Assembly: GCA_000934665.2 (NCBI GenBank)
Contig: KZ539051.1
Span: 1 to 35,232 of the forward strand
Length of the DNA stretch: 35,232 nt
Reading direction: 5' to 3'
DNA from: Catajapyx aquilonaris
Lineage: Eukaryota
Position numbers and translations under genes: made by a program. This document shows positions 34,786-35,232 of this stretch, piece after piece. How positions within the stretch are numbered: the stretch's first letter is position 1; every line of letters starts with the position of its first letter. A model generated the notes under the pieces. The model searched no databases. It was not told where the DNA came from and saw only the letters and a program-made list of their open reading frames with translations.

Positions 34786-35232
34786 GACCCAGTGTTTTGA
34801 CAATCAATCTTGCATAATATTTTATAATGATCCCACAACACCCAGAACCTATCAGTAAAAGTTTGAATCTTTACAAGAAACACCCTGTACGCACATATGT
34901 AACCGGAACCACCATTAATTAGGTTGGGAACCAACTGCGTGGTTCTCAGTTGTCATATTAACCATTTATGTATATCCGGACAGCCCCCAGCACCGACATA
35001 GCTCAAGATCGTTCAGATGGCCTGGAACGACCTCGAGCAGGTATAATGAAGCCTAAACGCGTGAGAAGCGCGTAAAATATTGCGAATCGTAATCTGCTTT
35101 GCTCGTGCATGGTCCACATGTGACTGCAATGAATTTCTTAACAGCGGGTACTATACACACACTCTCACTCTTGTAGCTAGAGAGAGAGAGAAAGAGGGGG
35201 CAGAGGGGCGAGGGGGGGCGATATAAGAGGGG

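Overview
This window is non-coding eukaryotic DNA that looks animal. CpG is plentiful, GA/CT microsatellites and G/C runs are frequent, and there are two short N gaps. The style resembles an invertebrate deuterostome such as amphioxus, but that is an unproven inference. None of the six-frame ORFs looks like a real protein, and several are mirror images produced by long inverted repeats. What the sequence does support is a dense set of small non-autonomous transposable elements: fold-back MITEs with several terminus types (one nested inside another), three Helitron-like pieces, and one complete tRNA-derived SINE with a poly(A) tail and 12-bp target-site duplication. The most interesting signal is an unclassified, diverged 100-180 bp repeat present about 9 times in both orientations. 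Its best-conserved part is a CTCF-like AGATGGCGC core, bracketed in several copies by short GTAGTAC/GTACTAC inverted repeats and triplicated at one locus. There is also an isolated pre-miRNA-sized hairpin and several unique blocks rich in transcription-factor-like motifs that may be enhancers. All alignments were made by eye.
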